Origin: Podarcis pityusensis
Taxonomy: Eukaryota
Assembly: GCA_964106645.2 (NCBI GenBank)
Contig: OZ067047.1
Reading direction: 5' to 3' (one strand)
DNA length: 64,000 nt
In this document: piece after piece, positions 12,144-25,036 of the stretch
Layout of the letters: each line of letters opens with the position of its first letter
How positions within the stretch are numbered: position 1 is the stretch's first letter
Translations under genes and position numbers: made by a program
The notes under the pieces: generated by a model
What the model saw: only the letters and a program-made list of their open reading frames with translations
What the model was told of the DNA's origin: nothing
Database searches by the model: none

Positions 12144-14420
12144 TTGTTTAACTCCAATTAGCAGTGGTTAGACAGAATACCGGATATGTTATCTGAGCAT
12201 GCTTGGCAATGAGTGTGAGATGAGTTGATGTATGAGTGGTTTTTGTCACTCCCAGACTGATGCAGCAAAGAGGTCTGCATCTGGCCCGTTGCCCTCACAT
12301 TTCATGGGTTTCTTCTGGCTACCTCTGCTGGAGATGTTGTGGGCATAGGAGCCAACTCCTAGGGACTGATGTCCCTTTGACACTCCCACCAACAAAATAT
12401 TTGAGGGGGCTAGCCCCCCAAGTTGATAGCCATTGCCATTCAAATGGTGTGTGTTCGCAATGTCAGTTATGTGGGGTGGGGCTTACCTGGCCCCCACCCC
12501 CATAATTTATTCAAGTTGGCACGCTTGGTTGTGGGTGATAGCTTATGCATATTGTTTTTTTGGGGGGGGGGGCAGGGACATTGGAACACTTTTCAACAGG
12601 GTGACTTCCCTGTCAGCAGTGGGATGGAAGATGGTGAACCACAGTGGATTGAGAGTTTCAATTGTTCTATTAGTCTCTTACCTTATCATGCAAAAGATTC
12701 ACCCACATTAGCCAAACCTACAGCCAAAGATTAGAAAAGCAGTGCAAGTGGCAGAAGTGAACTAAGTCGTGAGCTATGGGGAAAAGAGATCACAGCTTTT
12801 CAGTTAATGGCTTCAACACTGTCTTTGTTTAAAATAAAGCTATGGTTATCCCATAAGTAATATAACTGATGGCTTCTGCTTTAAAGAGTACCATGTTTCC
12901 CGTTAGACTGGTGACTTCTGAAATAATGACTACTGGAAATGCAAGTGTAAAGATACTGCGCTCCATCATAAATTTTCAGCCAGCAGCTTTTATTAGTCAG
13001 TTCTGGGAAATGACCCAAGTGATTATTCAAGGAGCTTTTAAATTCCCATCAGTAGGAAATCCTCAGCTAAATTTTTCTTATTGAAGAATATATTTATTTA
13101 ACACAATTGTATACCTACTTTCCTTATGTCAAAGCATTTTGCGTAAGAATAAAAACATCTAAAGCAACATAATATAGAAGTATAACAACAATTCAGATTT
13201 GGTAAGCTTCATGGAAAATTTCCACGCCTACCAATAAAATCTTCAACCCCCCAGGTCATCATATTAATCTTAGCTGCCAACCCATAGATAAGCATTGTGT
13301 TTGAATTTACTTTGATTGCAAGGCACCTTGGGAAAAGGTGCACTACATATTTTAAATAAAATAATAAAACACGTTCAGTATGCCAACACATAGTTTTGAT
13401 CTATCTTTGGGATTTCTTCCAATCTTGTGGGTGGTTGCAGAGAAACTCCTCCTTGTTGCAGATTGTTTCACTTGCTGTAATGGGAATATGAGTAAGGCTT
13501 AATCTAATGATTACAGCCAACATAGGGATTCATGGGGATAGTTACTCCACAAAGCAAGCTGTGATTGTGTCAGCGTATTGAATTGAATCTGGAAGCTCAC
13601 TGGTTACCTCTGCAGTTTGTTTAATATTTTGTACCCCACAGATCCTCATCAGCAGTTTTCCCATAGGGCTGCTTTGAGACAGAAGTGAAGCATGACAGGC
13701 CAGGATCTCAGCCATTTACAATTTAAAGTGGTGGGTCATCAGCCTCTTTTGCCACTAATTGAATGAATGGGTCAAATTACAGGTGACTCTTGATTTACAC
13801 TGGGGTTACATTCCAAGCCAAATTGCATACACTCAAAACATTTTGGGTTCAGTTGTGGATGGGATTGCCAAAGCTTTTTTTCCTGGATGGCTGCCCCCTT
13901 TTTAATTAAAAAAAAATCTTTTTACCAAGCATGGAAAGCTGAATGCACACAAGTTAAATGCATACAAGTTACTTATAATGATAATTCTGAATGGGAAAAG
14001 ATTAACATCTTACCTGTATTTCTGTCATTTAATATGGTAAAAAGTTTTGACAAAAAACATAGGGGGTCTGTGAAAAGTTGTTGCATTTGGAATAATAAAG
14101 CTTGCAGAATGCTAAAAAAGCACATTTCGTAGTAAAAACCCAAAAACTAAGGAAGCGGGGTTGACATTTCCAAAATTAAAAATGCTAGCACATTCTAATG
14201 ATAGCTGTGATGTGTCATTAATGAGAGGAAAATGCTGGTGTTTAAGAGAATAGCACTTGGCAGAAAAAGGAGAACACAAGAAGAGCATGCTGGATCAAGC
14301 CTGTCACCCATATGGTCCAAGCATTCTGTACTCAAAGTGGCCAACCAGATGTCTATGGGAAGCCCACTTATAGTCCTGTACCCCGAGTCTTTTCATGTTT
14401 AAAGCAGATAACATTTGCTG

Positions 14421-14422
<2 letters not shown>

Positions 14423-14466
<44 letters not shown>

Positions 14467-14472
14467 ACACAC
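14423..14472. repeat. Compound (TC)n(AC)n microsatellite
   Basis: Direct inspection. Confidence 0.95.
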
Positions 14473-15136
14473 TAGCTGAGAGGTTTTGACTGTTTTCAAT
14501 CAAAAGACTGCATTCCTTCATGGGTAACCTTCCATTGGAGTGCAGAGCCAAAGCCACACAGATCCACACAAATGAACGCATTTACACACTTCACCTCCAG
14601 TTCACACAAATTCAGGATAATTCTGCCTTGATAGCCACTGAGAAAGGGAGTTCTCTCCGTGCACAGTGTGAAAACACAGCAAGCTGCTAATGGAGGAAGA
14701 GAGTTTTCTAACTCTGTCGTGAGCTGAACTCTAACCATGCCACTCTTCCCTCACTGCACAATTATTTCCTGCTGAGTAGTGCAGGCATATGAGGTTACAG
14801 ACTTTCCAAGATCCCCCACAGCTAAACATCAGAAATTGCTGAGCAGCAGAGGATGCAGAGCTGCATAGGGGTTGGAGCTGAGAAGAGGGACAGGATCTAA
14901 GATGGGATGGCAACAAGACGGAAAGACAGGTTTCCAGGGTATCCCTGAGTGTATTTATCCCTTTTTATATGCTCTTATATATACATTCTTATTTTCACAT
15001 CTCATGTAGAAGCGAATAGCTGTCATTTACTCCTTACTCCCATTTAGACACATAAAGAACATTTGGGGGGTGTAAGAGCAAAACTTGTTTGATACTCCTG
15101 CTACTGAGTATCCTGTCCTGCCTACTCACAATGGGG

Positions 15137-15598
15137 TTGTTGTTGTTTAGTCATTTAGTCGTGTCCGACTCTTCGTGACCCCATGGACCAGAGCACACCA
15201 GGCACTCCTGTCTTCCACTGCCTCCTGCAGTTTCGTCAAACTCATGCTGGTAGCTTCGAGAACACTATCCAACCATCTCGTCCTCTGTCGTTCCCTTCTC
15301 CTTGTGCCCTCCATCTTTCCCAACATCAGGGTCTTTTCCAGGGAGTCTTCTCTTCTCATGAGGTGGCCAAAGTATTGGAGCCTCAGCTTCAGGATCTGTC
15401 CTTCCAGTGAGCACTCAGGGCTAATTTCCTGAAGAATGGATAGGTTTGATGATCTTGCAGTCCATGGGACTCTCAAGAGTCTCCTCCAACACCATAATTC
15501 AAAAGCATCAATTCTTTGGCGATCAGCCTTCTTTATGGTCCAGCTCTCACTTCCATACATCACTACTGGGAAAACCATAGGTTTAACTATACAGACCT
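15137..15598 (-). mobile_element. Bov-B (RTE) LINE 3' fragment
   Basis: Translation VFPVVMYGSESWTIKKA...FELWCWRRLLRVPW...HGVTKSRTRLND with a (CAA)n tail is typical of the Bov-B 3' end. Confidence 0.93.
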
Positions 15599-15709
15599 TA
15601 ATATGATTATTACGAACTATACGGTCTTTAATATCATTATTAAAAATTGGTAAATAACTGTTTCTATTTTGATCATATATATTGACATTCGTATAACTTT
15701 CTTTTAGGA

Positions 15710-15781
15710 ATGTCTGGAACAGAACTGACAAGAAATGGAATCAGCAGCAGCAATGCTAACTCCAGTATGTGGTTTGGACAG
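15710..15781 (+). CDS. RAD52: RAD52 coding exon 1 (MSGTELTRNG...MWFGQ)
   Basis: Acceptor ttttag|GA ATG; donor CAG|GTCAGT; resembles mammalian MSGTE...FGQ. Confidence 0.9.
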
Positions 15782-16625
15782 GTCAGTTTACCATCACCTT
15801 CAGATTTGTGTGAGATTTTCTGGTGGGGCTTCAATGCAAAATCTACTATGGATAACAGCCCAGTTGAGACATAATGGGAAACCATAGCTTCAAAGTATGT
15901 GAGTGAATCTGCACAAACCTTGGTTTCTTATGCTTCCTACCCTGGGCATGGAGAAGGGGTTAGATGCTTCTTTTAAATAAACCACAGTTCCCTGTTACGT
16001 CCAAAGTTGGGGAACTGTAGTTGGTTTAAGCTCTACATAGGCAGAAGAAACATGGATCAGATCCAAAATATGATACAAAGCCATCTTTATGAAAAGATCC
16101 CAATGTGTTTTGAATATAAAAAGTACTCCTTTTTAGAGCAGAAAGCAGATTTGTTTTTGTATAAAAACCATTTCCCTAGAGAGTAGCTGGAAATCCAAAA
16201 TCTGTTGAGATACTCTTAATATTTCTTTGCACTCTTTTTGCTGGTATTTATCTCACACTACAACGCAAGAGTTATTACTATTTAATTCAGTTGGTGTTTG
16301 GTGACAAGTACTGGGAAAATATATACCAGCTCAGATTTCTTTCTGATTTGGCTGAATTATACTTAAGAGCACTCAGAGGGGAACTTGGGGGAACTAATGC
16401 AATGGAGTAGTTACCATTTTAAACAATTCATGGTATTATCATAATGAAGGAGCTACCCTGTGAGGTACAATATTTACTTTTGGATATAGCTTTCAGAGTA
16501 TAACTAGATTAAAAGTTCTTGTGGGGGAATGGGACTGATTGAACTAAACCAGTTGCAAGAAAGGGGAAGAAATTAGTTATAAATATGCTAGATCTTTCCA
16601 TGATTGTGTGTGTGGTTTGCTTAAG

Positions 16626-16727
16626 TGTCAGTATACAGCAGATGAGTACCAGGCCGTCCAGGCTGCCCTGCGACAGAGATTGGGCCCAGAATACATCAGT
16701 AGCCGGCAAGCTGGAGGAGGACAGAAG
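16626..16727 (+). CDS. RAD52: RAD52 coding exon 2 (CQYTADEYQ...SRQAGGGQK)
   Basis: 102 nt, AG/GT bounded, canonical Rad52 N-terminal domain sequence. Confidence 0.96.
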
Positions 16728-16869
16728 GTACAAAAGTGTGTACACAGTTTTTATTTACTTGATATTGAAAATTACTCATTGCCTGTTGGTAGTGCATATT
16801 TCCCTGAATCCTTTTGGGCAGCAGTTTCCTATGCCCTTGCTTTCTCAGGAGGAGCACCATAGTGTAGGG

Positions 16870-17160
16870 CAGGGGTGGCCAGCTCCCAAGAGACTGCGAT
16901 CTACTCACAGAATTAAATACTGGCAATGATCTACCCCTGTTTTTGGGGGGATTCAGGTCAAAGTTCTTGAGCTTTTTTTAGGGAGGAGGAAAGCCACGGT
17001 TTTTGAGAATTCAAGCCTAAGCTTGAAGGGAGGGGCGGGGCCGGATTCTGTTTTACCAATGCTAAGGAAAGAGACCCAGTGTTCGACTGCAATGTGCCAA
17101 AGCCTCTCAGGAATCTACGAATCTACCAGTAAATCGCGATCAACCTGTTGGGCATGCCTG
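16870..17160. mobile_element. hAT-type non-autonomous DNA transposon (MITE)
   Basis: CAGG...CCTG termini; 8-bp TSD GTGTAGGG at 16862-16869 and 17161-17168. Confidence 0.85.
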
Positions 17161-17830
17161 GTGTAGGGTTATCCGCAAGTGGTGCTTGCTGAAAGCTGCA
17201 ATCTTCCAAGTCAGAGGCAAATCTGGTGTCCACAGAGGGATCAGCATTTGTTAATGATAGTACTTTCTGGCACTCCAGTTTGGAGAGGTGGACAGTCCTG
17301 GCCCACTACCTTTCCTCAAAGCGACTCTCCCATTGCTGGCCAGGGATTTAGAGAAATAAGTGCAGTATGGGGCAGACCTGGGGTGTAGGATTCTTTTCAC
17401 ATGTAATAGCCTTCATAATTTCAAAACAAATGTGCTGAAAATCTGGTGTGCTATGCTACTGAATCATAAACTCTAGAATTTTGAACATGATGCTCAATGC
17501 TTCCTTGCCCATCTCCCTTGCAAGTGCTCCATACCACTGCCTTGTGCAAGCATTCTCCAGCTGAAAATTTAATAAATTATTATCAATTTAAAACTCAGAA
17601 CAATTAATTTTGGTTAGCTGTTTGGTACTGTAATGTGGAACACACTTATAAATACTAGGTGCTGGTATATTGTGTGTTCCAATTTTCTTTTGATATGATT
17701 CTTGGTCTGACACAGTGCCTGGAAGCCATGTTGCAAGTAGATGTAGCTTCTGCAATAATTTAATGAGATTAAGACTGACCAAGAAGGATTTTTGTCACTT
17801 TTGTCCTTTCTTTCTACTTTCTACTTTCAG

Positions 17831-17924
17831 GTTTGCTACATTGAAGGACACAGAGTCATCAGTCTGGCCAATGAGATGTTTGGCTACAATGGCTGGGCTC
17901 ATTCTGTCACTCAGCAGAATGTCG
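17831..17924 (+). CDS. RAD52: RAD52 coding exon 3 ([31 protein letters not shown])
   Basis: 94 nt, tttcag|...G|GTGAGA; signature FGYNGW. Confidence 0.97.
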
Positions 17925-19828
17925 GTGAGAACCAATTTTAAGCTTCTTCCAGCTGCTTCATGCTGCAGGTTCTATAAGTTATCAAAATGTTCTTGTGCAA
18001 AAGACTATCCTAGCAGAGTGAAACAATAAGCAGTCGGGTACAAATTACGGCATTGTTCCACTTAAGGAAGTTTTTGATCCAGCAGCAGCTTTCATGAATA
18101 GAAAGTGGAGAAAGCATTTTTTCTGATTCCTCCTTCAACTCCTGCTTTCCTCAAAAACCTGCTCTAGAGGAGAGGGGTCCCCCCCGCCAAGAGTTATGTA
18201 GGAAGTGGCATGGAAAGCATAAATGAGAACTGGTGAGAACCTTGTGCCCTGCCCCATTCATTCATGGAATCCTCAGCTAGTATTCAGAGTTTTCTATGAA
18301 CAGAGCACCTCTGCTAGATGCAACACAATATGCTCACGAGTTTCTAGATCTTGAGAAAGGGTCTTCTCACATGCTACCTGGAAGCAGAATTTTCCATGGC
18401 AGTGGGGGGGGGCACAGCATGAGTTGGCATGGGGTAACCTTGACAACATATTAAAGTGGTTTCCCCCTAAATTTCAGAATTCAGTGTATTGTCAGTTGTA
18501 CAGTGAATACATATAGAAAAAAGAATCCTTGCCCTAGCAGTAAACAGTTTTCATTAAATAAATAAATAAAATTAGCTGAAAACTGCAATCCTGTACAGGC
18601 GGGGGAAACGTCTCCCAAAATTATGGCTGCAGCTGTCTCATCCTCAAAAGATCTGTTGTGTTGAGGGAGGACTTTTGTGGCCTAGCAACAGGAGGTTGAA
18701 TGGAAAAGGCAGAGGGGAGACACTTAAGTCTTTCAGCTTAGTAACAACAATTGGAAGAACAGAACCCTCATCTCAAAAACTTCACCTAGATCACCTTAAG
18801 GATCTGAAATGATATTAGGTAACAAAAACTACAGAGCTGTCAGAAAGGCAAAAGGGAGCGAAAGCCCAATACTATAAGCTATAAGTTATACTTCATTATA
18901 ACCTTGTTTTCTGTATGGATAGATTTTCCTGTAAAAAGTGTTTCGGAAAAAGATCCAGTCTGCACACTCATATTTTGAAACCTGTTGTGATCCCTGACAT
19001 TACTCTTACCTGCTTTGCTAATGAATATTTCACTTTTTTATTCCATCGCATACAAAACCTTAATCCCCTCCTAGAAATTGGTAGCATTCTCTGCATTAAA
19101 AAAATAAAATATCCTTTCATATTGTAACAATGGGGAGCTGGGCCAAAGCTACCAAGTTCATTCTGATTTTTACTCCTGTTTGCTAAGGCATTAGTGATCT
19201 ATTGCAGCTTTGTGTCTTCTGCAAATAGGTTAGCATTCCCTCCACACCTTCATTTAAATCATTGATCAGATGTTGAAGAGTCCCAGAGCCCTACATCACC
19301 TCACTCAAATCATTCATCCAGTTTGATGAGAAGCCATTGATGAACACCCTTCTGAGTATGGCTTCTAACCAGCTCTGAATCCAGCGTTATTTATCAGTAC
19401 ACATTCAACGAGTCTGCTAATAAAAGATCATGATGAGCTTTGTCAAATGCTCTGCTGAAATAAAAATAAATGGGGTCCACAGCATTCCATTCCATTGACC
19501 ATTCACTAAGGTCAATAATGCAGTAATGTCTTAAGGGTAATTTTCGGGTCCATGTACTCTTTTATCTGAACATTATCCTCAGAAGCCTCTAGTTCAGAAA
19601 CCAACATTCTGCTTGGGAAATATCTCTGTATCCTTTCTGGTTAATTTCTTTGACAAACATTTGCATCCATGCCAATAGTGTTGTGACCATATTCTAAATT
19701 TCCTATATTTTCTCCTACATCTCTTTACAACTGCCTAGCTACCAGTGCACAGTAATGATAGGCAGACCAATCATCCGGCTCCCTATGTTAGAGTAAATGT
19801 TTTTGTTTTTTGTTTCTGCTCTTCACAG

Positions 19829-19896
19829 ATTTTGTGGATCTTAATAATGGCAAGTTCTATGTGGGGGTCTGTGCCTTTGTGAAAGTCCAACTTAAG
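19829..19896 (+). CDS. RAD52: RAD52 coding exon 4 ([23 protein letters not shown])
   Basis: 68 nt, phase-consistent, AG/GT bounded. Confidence 0.97.
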
Positions 19897-20378
19897 GTAA
19901 ATGGGGTGGGGAGATATGTTGGTGGTGCTGGTTTTTCAGAGCCCTGAAAGTAAAGTGAACAGTATGCAAAAGGTACATAACAATATGACTGTTGGTGTTA
20001 CTTCCTGTCGAACAAAAATGCATATTTATTAGACCCGTTACTGGTCAAAATACACACCTGTTTTTTAAGATGAAATAAAATACTGTAGGAAAAAATCCTG
20101 ACTTACGCATTTGCTTTTAAACAATGACAAGTCTTAAACTGCAATGCATGTATCCAAATGCTGTTGGTTTCCATTTTTTAGGCTGTATCTGGCGGAAGAT
20201 TGGAATACTTTGACCTAGCATAATATTTCAGGTTTGATTGTCACTTGAGTCCCTGTAGACTCCAGAAAAACTGAATGTACTGCAGTGCCTGCTTATGCCA
20301 CAAACCAAGGTTCATTAGGATGACTATAGTCAAACCCAAATGGCCATTTTGTTTTTCTTGTGTATTCTTAAATTGCAG

Positions 20379-20497
20379 GATGGCTCATACCATGAAGATG
20401 TTGGCTATGGAGTAAGTGAAGGCTTGAAGTCTAAGGCATTGTCCCTAGAAAAAGCAAGGAAGGAAGCTGTTACAGATGGACTGAAGAGGGCACTGAA
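20379..20497 (+). CDS. RAD52: RAD52 coding exon 5 ([11 protein letters not shown]...[17 protein letters not shown])
   Basis: 119 nt, donor GTAAGT; core DNA-binding motifs. Confidence 0.97.
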
Positions 20498-20593
20498 GTA
20501 AGTGGCAATCAACAGAAGACATTTTGCTAGCCTGAAAGCAATGAAAAAGGGGAACTGTGTTCTAAAAGAGGACTAACTCTCGTCCTTTCTCAG

Positions 20594-20669
20594 GTGCTTT
20601 GGTAATGCTCTTGGGAATTGCATCCTGGACAAAGACTACTTGCGATCAGTGAATAAGCTTCCTCGCCAG
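20594..20669 (+). CDS. RAD52: RAD52 coding exon 6 ([25 protein letters not shown])
   Basis: 76 nt, follows a 96-nt intron; FGNALGNC motif. Confidence 0.97.
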
Positions 20670-21638
20670 GTGTGTTACTTGGGACTTCCAAAAACTAGAA
20701 TTCTGCAGTAAAAATGCCAAATTCTGCTTTGAGTATAGATGATACAGACAAGACAGGCTCCATTCTTTATTCTGCCATGCAACAGTACATTCTTTTTGAA
20801 CAGGTAATTTCATTGCCTGGATATTCCAGTTGAAAATTATTCTGATTATTTTCTGACGCACCATATCTCTACTGTGTGTGTCTTTGCTTACACTTTTTCT
20901 GCTTCAAAACACTCAATAATTTTTCATGTGTGTGTTTTCACTTTCCAGTCAGAGCTGTTCAGGAGCAAGCAGAAAATTATAGTACCGTCCAATGAACACT
21001 GAAAATCAGAGCTTACTATGTTGTTCTTTTTTTACTAACTGGGCTCTTCTACAACCACCCCACCCCAGTGAATCATCATTTAAGCTGCTGCATTCTGGTC
21101 AACCCACCCTTCATACATCTACAGTATTCCTTGCTGACTGCAGCCCATAGTCTGTGTCACCTAAATTGGCATTCCATCAAAGAAGGCAGAGTATGCTCTT
21201 GGCTGTGCTGGATTGAAAGCTGCAGATAGGCTGAAATTGTCGTGTTTACTGATTTCTACAGCACTCCCAGGCTGTTAACCTGCAGTTTTCTTCATTTGTT
21301 CTTTCTACGTCTGTTTTAAAATAACACCTAGGTTGCTTTAAGAGGGGAGGGAAATCAACATCACAGAGAATTGCAAGGAAACAAAGCTGATCCACAAAGT
21401 ATATGTTGACAGAGTTGGTGTTGGTTACTAAACATGACAAATCTCCACTAAATTAGAGAAATAACCACATTGGTTGAGTTCACAGCACCATGTCGAAACT
21501 TGGTTGTGAACAGGCAAAGTGTTCCAGGAAAGCAATTTGTCTCCTGGGCAACATGACAGATGAGTCTGTGAAATGTTTCCATTACATTCTGAAGTTTTGT
21601 AGCTACTGAAAGGCTGTTTGTTTTATTCCTATTACTAG

Positions 21639-21826
21639 ATGCCCCCAGATTTTGATTTGAGCAATGCTAAAAGACAGGATTTTGAGCCTGCTATAGAAAA
21701 GGCAAGATACAATAGCTGCTTGAAGAAGACAAGAGAAGACCACCAGCAGTTTTCTACAGCGACTCCTGTCAAAACTGAGCAGTTAGAGTCTTCTTTGAGT
21801 ACTTCTGAACAAGATCAGCAAAGCAG
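21639..21826 (+). CDS. RAD52: RAD52 coding exon 7 (MPPDFDLSNAKRQDFEP...QQS)
   Basis: 188 nt; AKRQD.EP and ARYNSC similarity; weak donor CAG|GTTGGA, phase 2 fits the next exon. Confidence 0.88.
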
Positions 21827-21862
21827 GTTGGAGATCTAATACACTAGATACGTAAGCTTATA

Positions 21863-22059
21863 CAGTAAGCCCACAACTTATGCACATTTAACTTGTGCCT
21901 GTTCAGCTTTACTCGCTTGGCAAAAATAAATAAAAGCAATGAAAAAAAGAGTGGCTGGCTGGTTGGGGCAAAAAAGACTTTGGTAATCCCACCCACCATT
22001 TAACCCAGTATGTTTTGACTCCTTGGAACATAACCTCTGCTTAAATTGTGAACATACTG
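21863..22059. mobile_element. Tc1/mariner (Tigger-like) MITE
   Basis: TA flanks; imperfect TIRs CAGTAAGCCCACAACTTA / TAAATTGTGAACATACTG. Confidence 0.7.
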
Positions 22060-23474
22060 TAGTCTTAATTGCTAATGCTTTGTATATTCTAGAGCAAAAA
22101 ATGGAGAATTTTGCTTACCTTCATGAATTCTAGTTTTTTGCCAGACAGTAGTCCATAATACTGAGATTCTTTCCTCCCTGTCCACCGGGAGGCAGGCTCT
22201 TTTCCCTAGAAGAACACATTTGGCTAGGAAATGTGGCTAGGGCTAGGAAATGCTTCCCACTTTCTTCCTCAAACCAGACCCTGACAACACAGTGAGAATA
22301 AGAGAAGCACATTGGCACCTAACCCATGGCCTAATTTCCATGCCAGAATCCAGACCTGAAGAAACCTGGCAAGTAAGGAAAATAATCTTCAATGGAGGTG
22401 TGCAATTTTTTTCTGTTCTTCCAACTTGTCACCATCTAGTGGTCTCTAACCCAGGAGCTTAACAAAGCAGTGCTCCAAATGCCCAGGGAGGGAGAGAGAT
22501 CAGAATTCTGGCTAGCAGCGTACATTGAAGCAACCTTTGACTAAAGGCTGCATCTACAGATGCAAAAAAACTTAAATTCTGTGCAGGGATGAACAGGTGA
22601 CTTCTCTGTGCAGCACACTGGAGACTTAAATAGCCCATGAAGTAGCATATTCTTTGAAGAAATGCATCAGGGTACCAGGTCTGTGCAACTATCTTGTGCT
22701 CGGGAGCCAAGGCAGCTTCTGTATCCTTGCTCAGGAATAAAGACCTTGGGCTTGTACTGAGTTGAAGATTCCTTCCAGATGTTGCAATCTGCAGTCTAAA
22801 TGAAGGTGGTCCTTGACACATCAAGGACCTTGGAAGGGAGACAGCCACCAGTTCTTTCTACTTTGACCTGCAATGAAACTCTTTAGTAGGATTTTGCCAT
22901 GGTGGGCTAGGAGGACTCCCCAATGAATGAGGCCTGCTATGCGTACAAGAACTTTGCTTAGTACATGCCGGTATGTGTTCCTGAGAGCAATGGAAGTAAT
23001 AAACTTTCCTTCAGATACACAACTGTAGGATTGGCTCAGGGTTCCTTTGAGTACAACCTGCAGACCACAGGTTTAATCTCAATTCTTCCCTGAACAATTT
23101 TTTAAAAGTCAGGGCAGACTATAAACTAGTGTTCATTCACTGAGATGGAAAGAGAAAGATTGGTTTGTGAGAAGTACCTCCTAGTATAATCTTAGGCCAA
23201 GTCTTGTAGGATAAAGTCTTCCTTTATGGATTGCTTTATGGACCACTGAATGCTTGCAAGTAGACAGAATAGGAAATCTGAGGCAAGAGAAGGTCTGTAG
23301 TTGAATAAATTATGCAAATTACATGTGAATATAGTTACACGGCCCTGGGCTATTGCCATATATACTAAAGTGTCACCCCCCCACCCTGCTTATATTGTCT
23401 ACTCTGAGCAAGTATGGTTATGAAATGGGGAATTTAGTGGTAACTTTCCCTCTTCTTCCTGTATTCTCTTGTAG

Positions 23475-23608
23475 TGAGGTCTCGCTGTGTGATGCAACAT
23501 ACCACCGGAAGTTGCGGCAGAAACAACTTCAGCAGCAGTTCAGACAGCAGATGCAGAAGAAACAGCAAATCCAGTCAACTACTCCAGCTTGTGAACCTAG
23601 AGGTCAAG
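23475..23608 (+). CDS. RAD52: RAD52 coding exon 8 (RPA-binding region, ATYHRKLRQKQLQQQFRQQM)
   Basis: 134 nt, ttgtag|...AAG|GTAAAA; RKLRQKQLQQQF motif. Confidence 0.93.
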
Positions 23609-24769
23609 GTAAAATGCTAGTTAGAACCTGTATCCGCTGCACTGCAAAGAAGCTCAGAATGGGCAGATGAAGTGCCTAAGAAACAGGGCTAATTCTTTCC
23701 TGCCGTGTTAATGTAAGAGTTGAAAGTGAGATGTTGAACAAGTGTGTTTGTCCTTGATATGACTCTCTTTAAAGAGGTCAAAATGAGGGCTTAACCCAAA
23801 CTTTAATCTGCTGTTGCTGCTTTGACTAGCATCTGAGGAGAGGTGGGTTACATTTTTCAAACTATCTCATTTGACTTGTAATTTTATCCATTCATTAATT
23901 TTTATGCAGTGCTGCATTTTTAGAGATTGAATTTTCCTGGCAAAATAAATGGCAGCAGAAACTTTTCTGTCCCATGTCGCTGAATGTGTTAAAGAAGATA
24001 TTTCCTTCCAATGCTGGTGTCAACTTTTGTTTGTTAAGTAGTTACGTCTCACTTCATTTAGCATTGTGAAAATGGCACCTATTATTGAAGGTTTCCTAAA
24101 ATGTAGATATAATTATTTAATCCATCAGTTAACTCAAATCAGCAAAAAATTATATAATCAGCAGGCAGGCCTAATATATTTTTGAAAAATAGTGCCTTGA
24201 CCCAACCTATAAAAGTAAGTAGCAATATTAATAAAACCCATTAATAAGGTGATTGTCAGATTAGGGACTTGTTTTAAATGTTGGTGTCCATAAGCCCAAT
24301 TCATCTGTAAGTCCCAACTAAGATGGCAGAAGAGTGCAGCAGTCAGATTTGTGATGGAGATGGGGAGAGCAGCTGGTATATCAGTCTGGGTCCAGGCTAG
24401 GTTAGAGCATATTAATAATAACACCTATCTGTTGTTATTAATAGCTGGAATAACCATCTTTCTTCATACTGAGCCAAATTCAGATATGTTGGCATTCCTT
24501 GGACAAAATGGAAATTAATAGCTTATTCATGCTGGGTCATTTAGGCAAGTCCTTTTTTGTCCCCGTGACGTGGGACAGCTCTTGTGAAGAATATTATTTG
24601 TTCCATTATCAATAAAGCCCAAACCACCACTATCCTGTCTCTTCCCCACCCCCTATCAGCCTAGGAAGACAGCTTATGCATCATTTCTATGCAAATAGTC
24701 TAAATCCAGAGAAAGATGTACTCTTCCACTAATCTCAGTAACATTAAGCTTCTCTTTTATCTTGTCCAG

Positions 24770-24847
24770 AAGCATGTGCTCTTCCTGCTATTAAGCACAG
24801 CACTTCAGCACAGCTGGAACCAGCTGTGGAAGAGGAGTTCCTTGCAG
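24770..24847 (+). CDS. RAD52: RAD52 coding exon 9 (EACALPAIKHSTS...EEEFLA)
   Basis: 78 nt, phase 1-1, open frame; HST and FLA similarity; NAGNAG acceptor (cagaag). Confidence 0.82.
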
Positions 24848-24929
24848 GTGGGTGAGGGTTGTTGGTACTTTTAGGTATTTTATACCATCTTTTCAGGGAA
24901 ACAAGCTATTAATATGGGTCACAAATAAG

Positions 24930-25036
24930 AATCTCAGGGTCGTGGGTTCGAGTCCCAAGTGGGGCAAAAGATTCCTGCAGTCAGGGGTTGGACTAGATGA
25001 CCCTTGTGGTCCCTTCCAACTCTGTGATTCTATGAT
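24930..25036 (+). mobile_element. tRNA-derived SINE with CR1-like 3' end (partial)
   Basis: B box GGTTCGAGTCCC followed by GGTTGGACTAGATGA...TTCCAACTC...ATTCTATGA. Confidence 0.7.

Noticed and set aside
15147-15731. 194-aa minus-strand ORF as a host gene overlapping RAD52
   Set aside because: Bov-B ORF remnant with a chance upstream extension.
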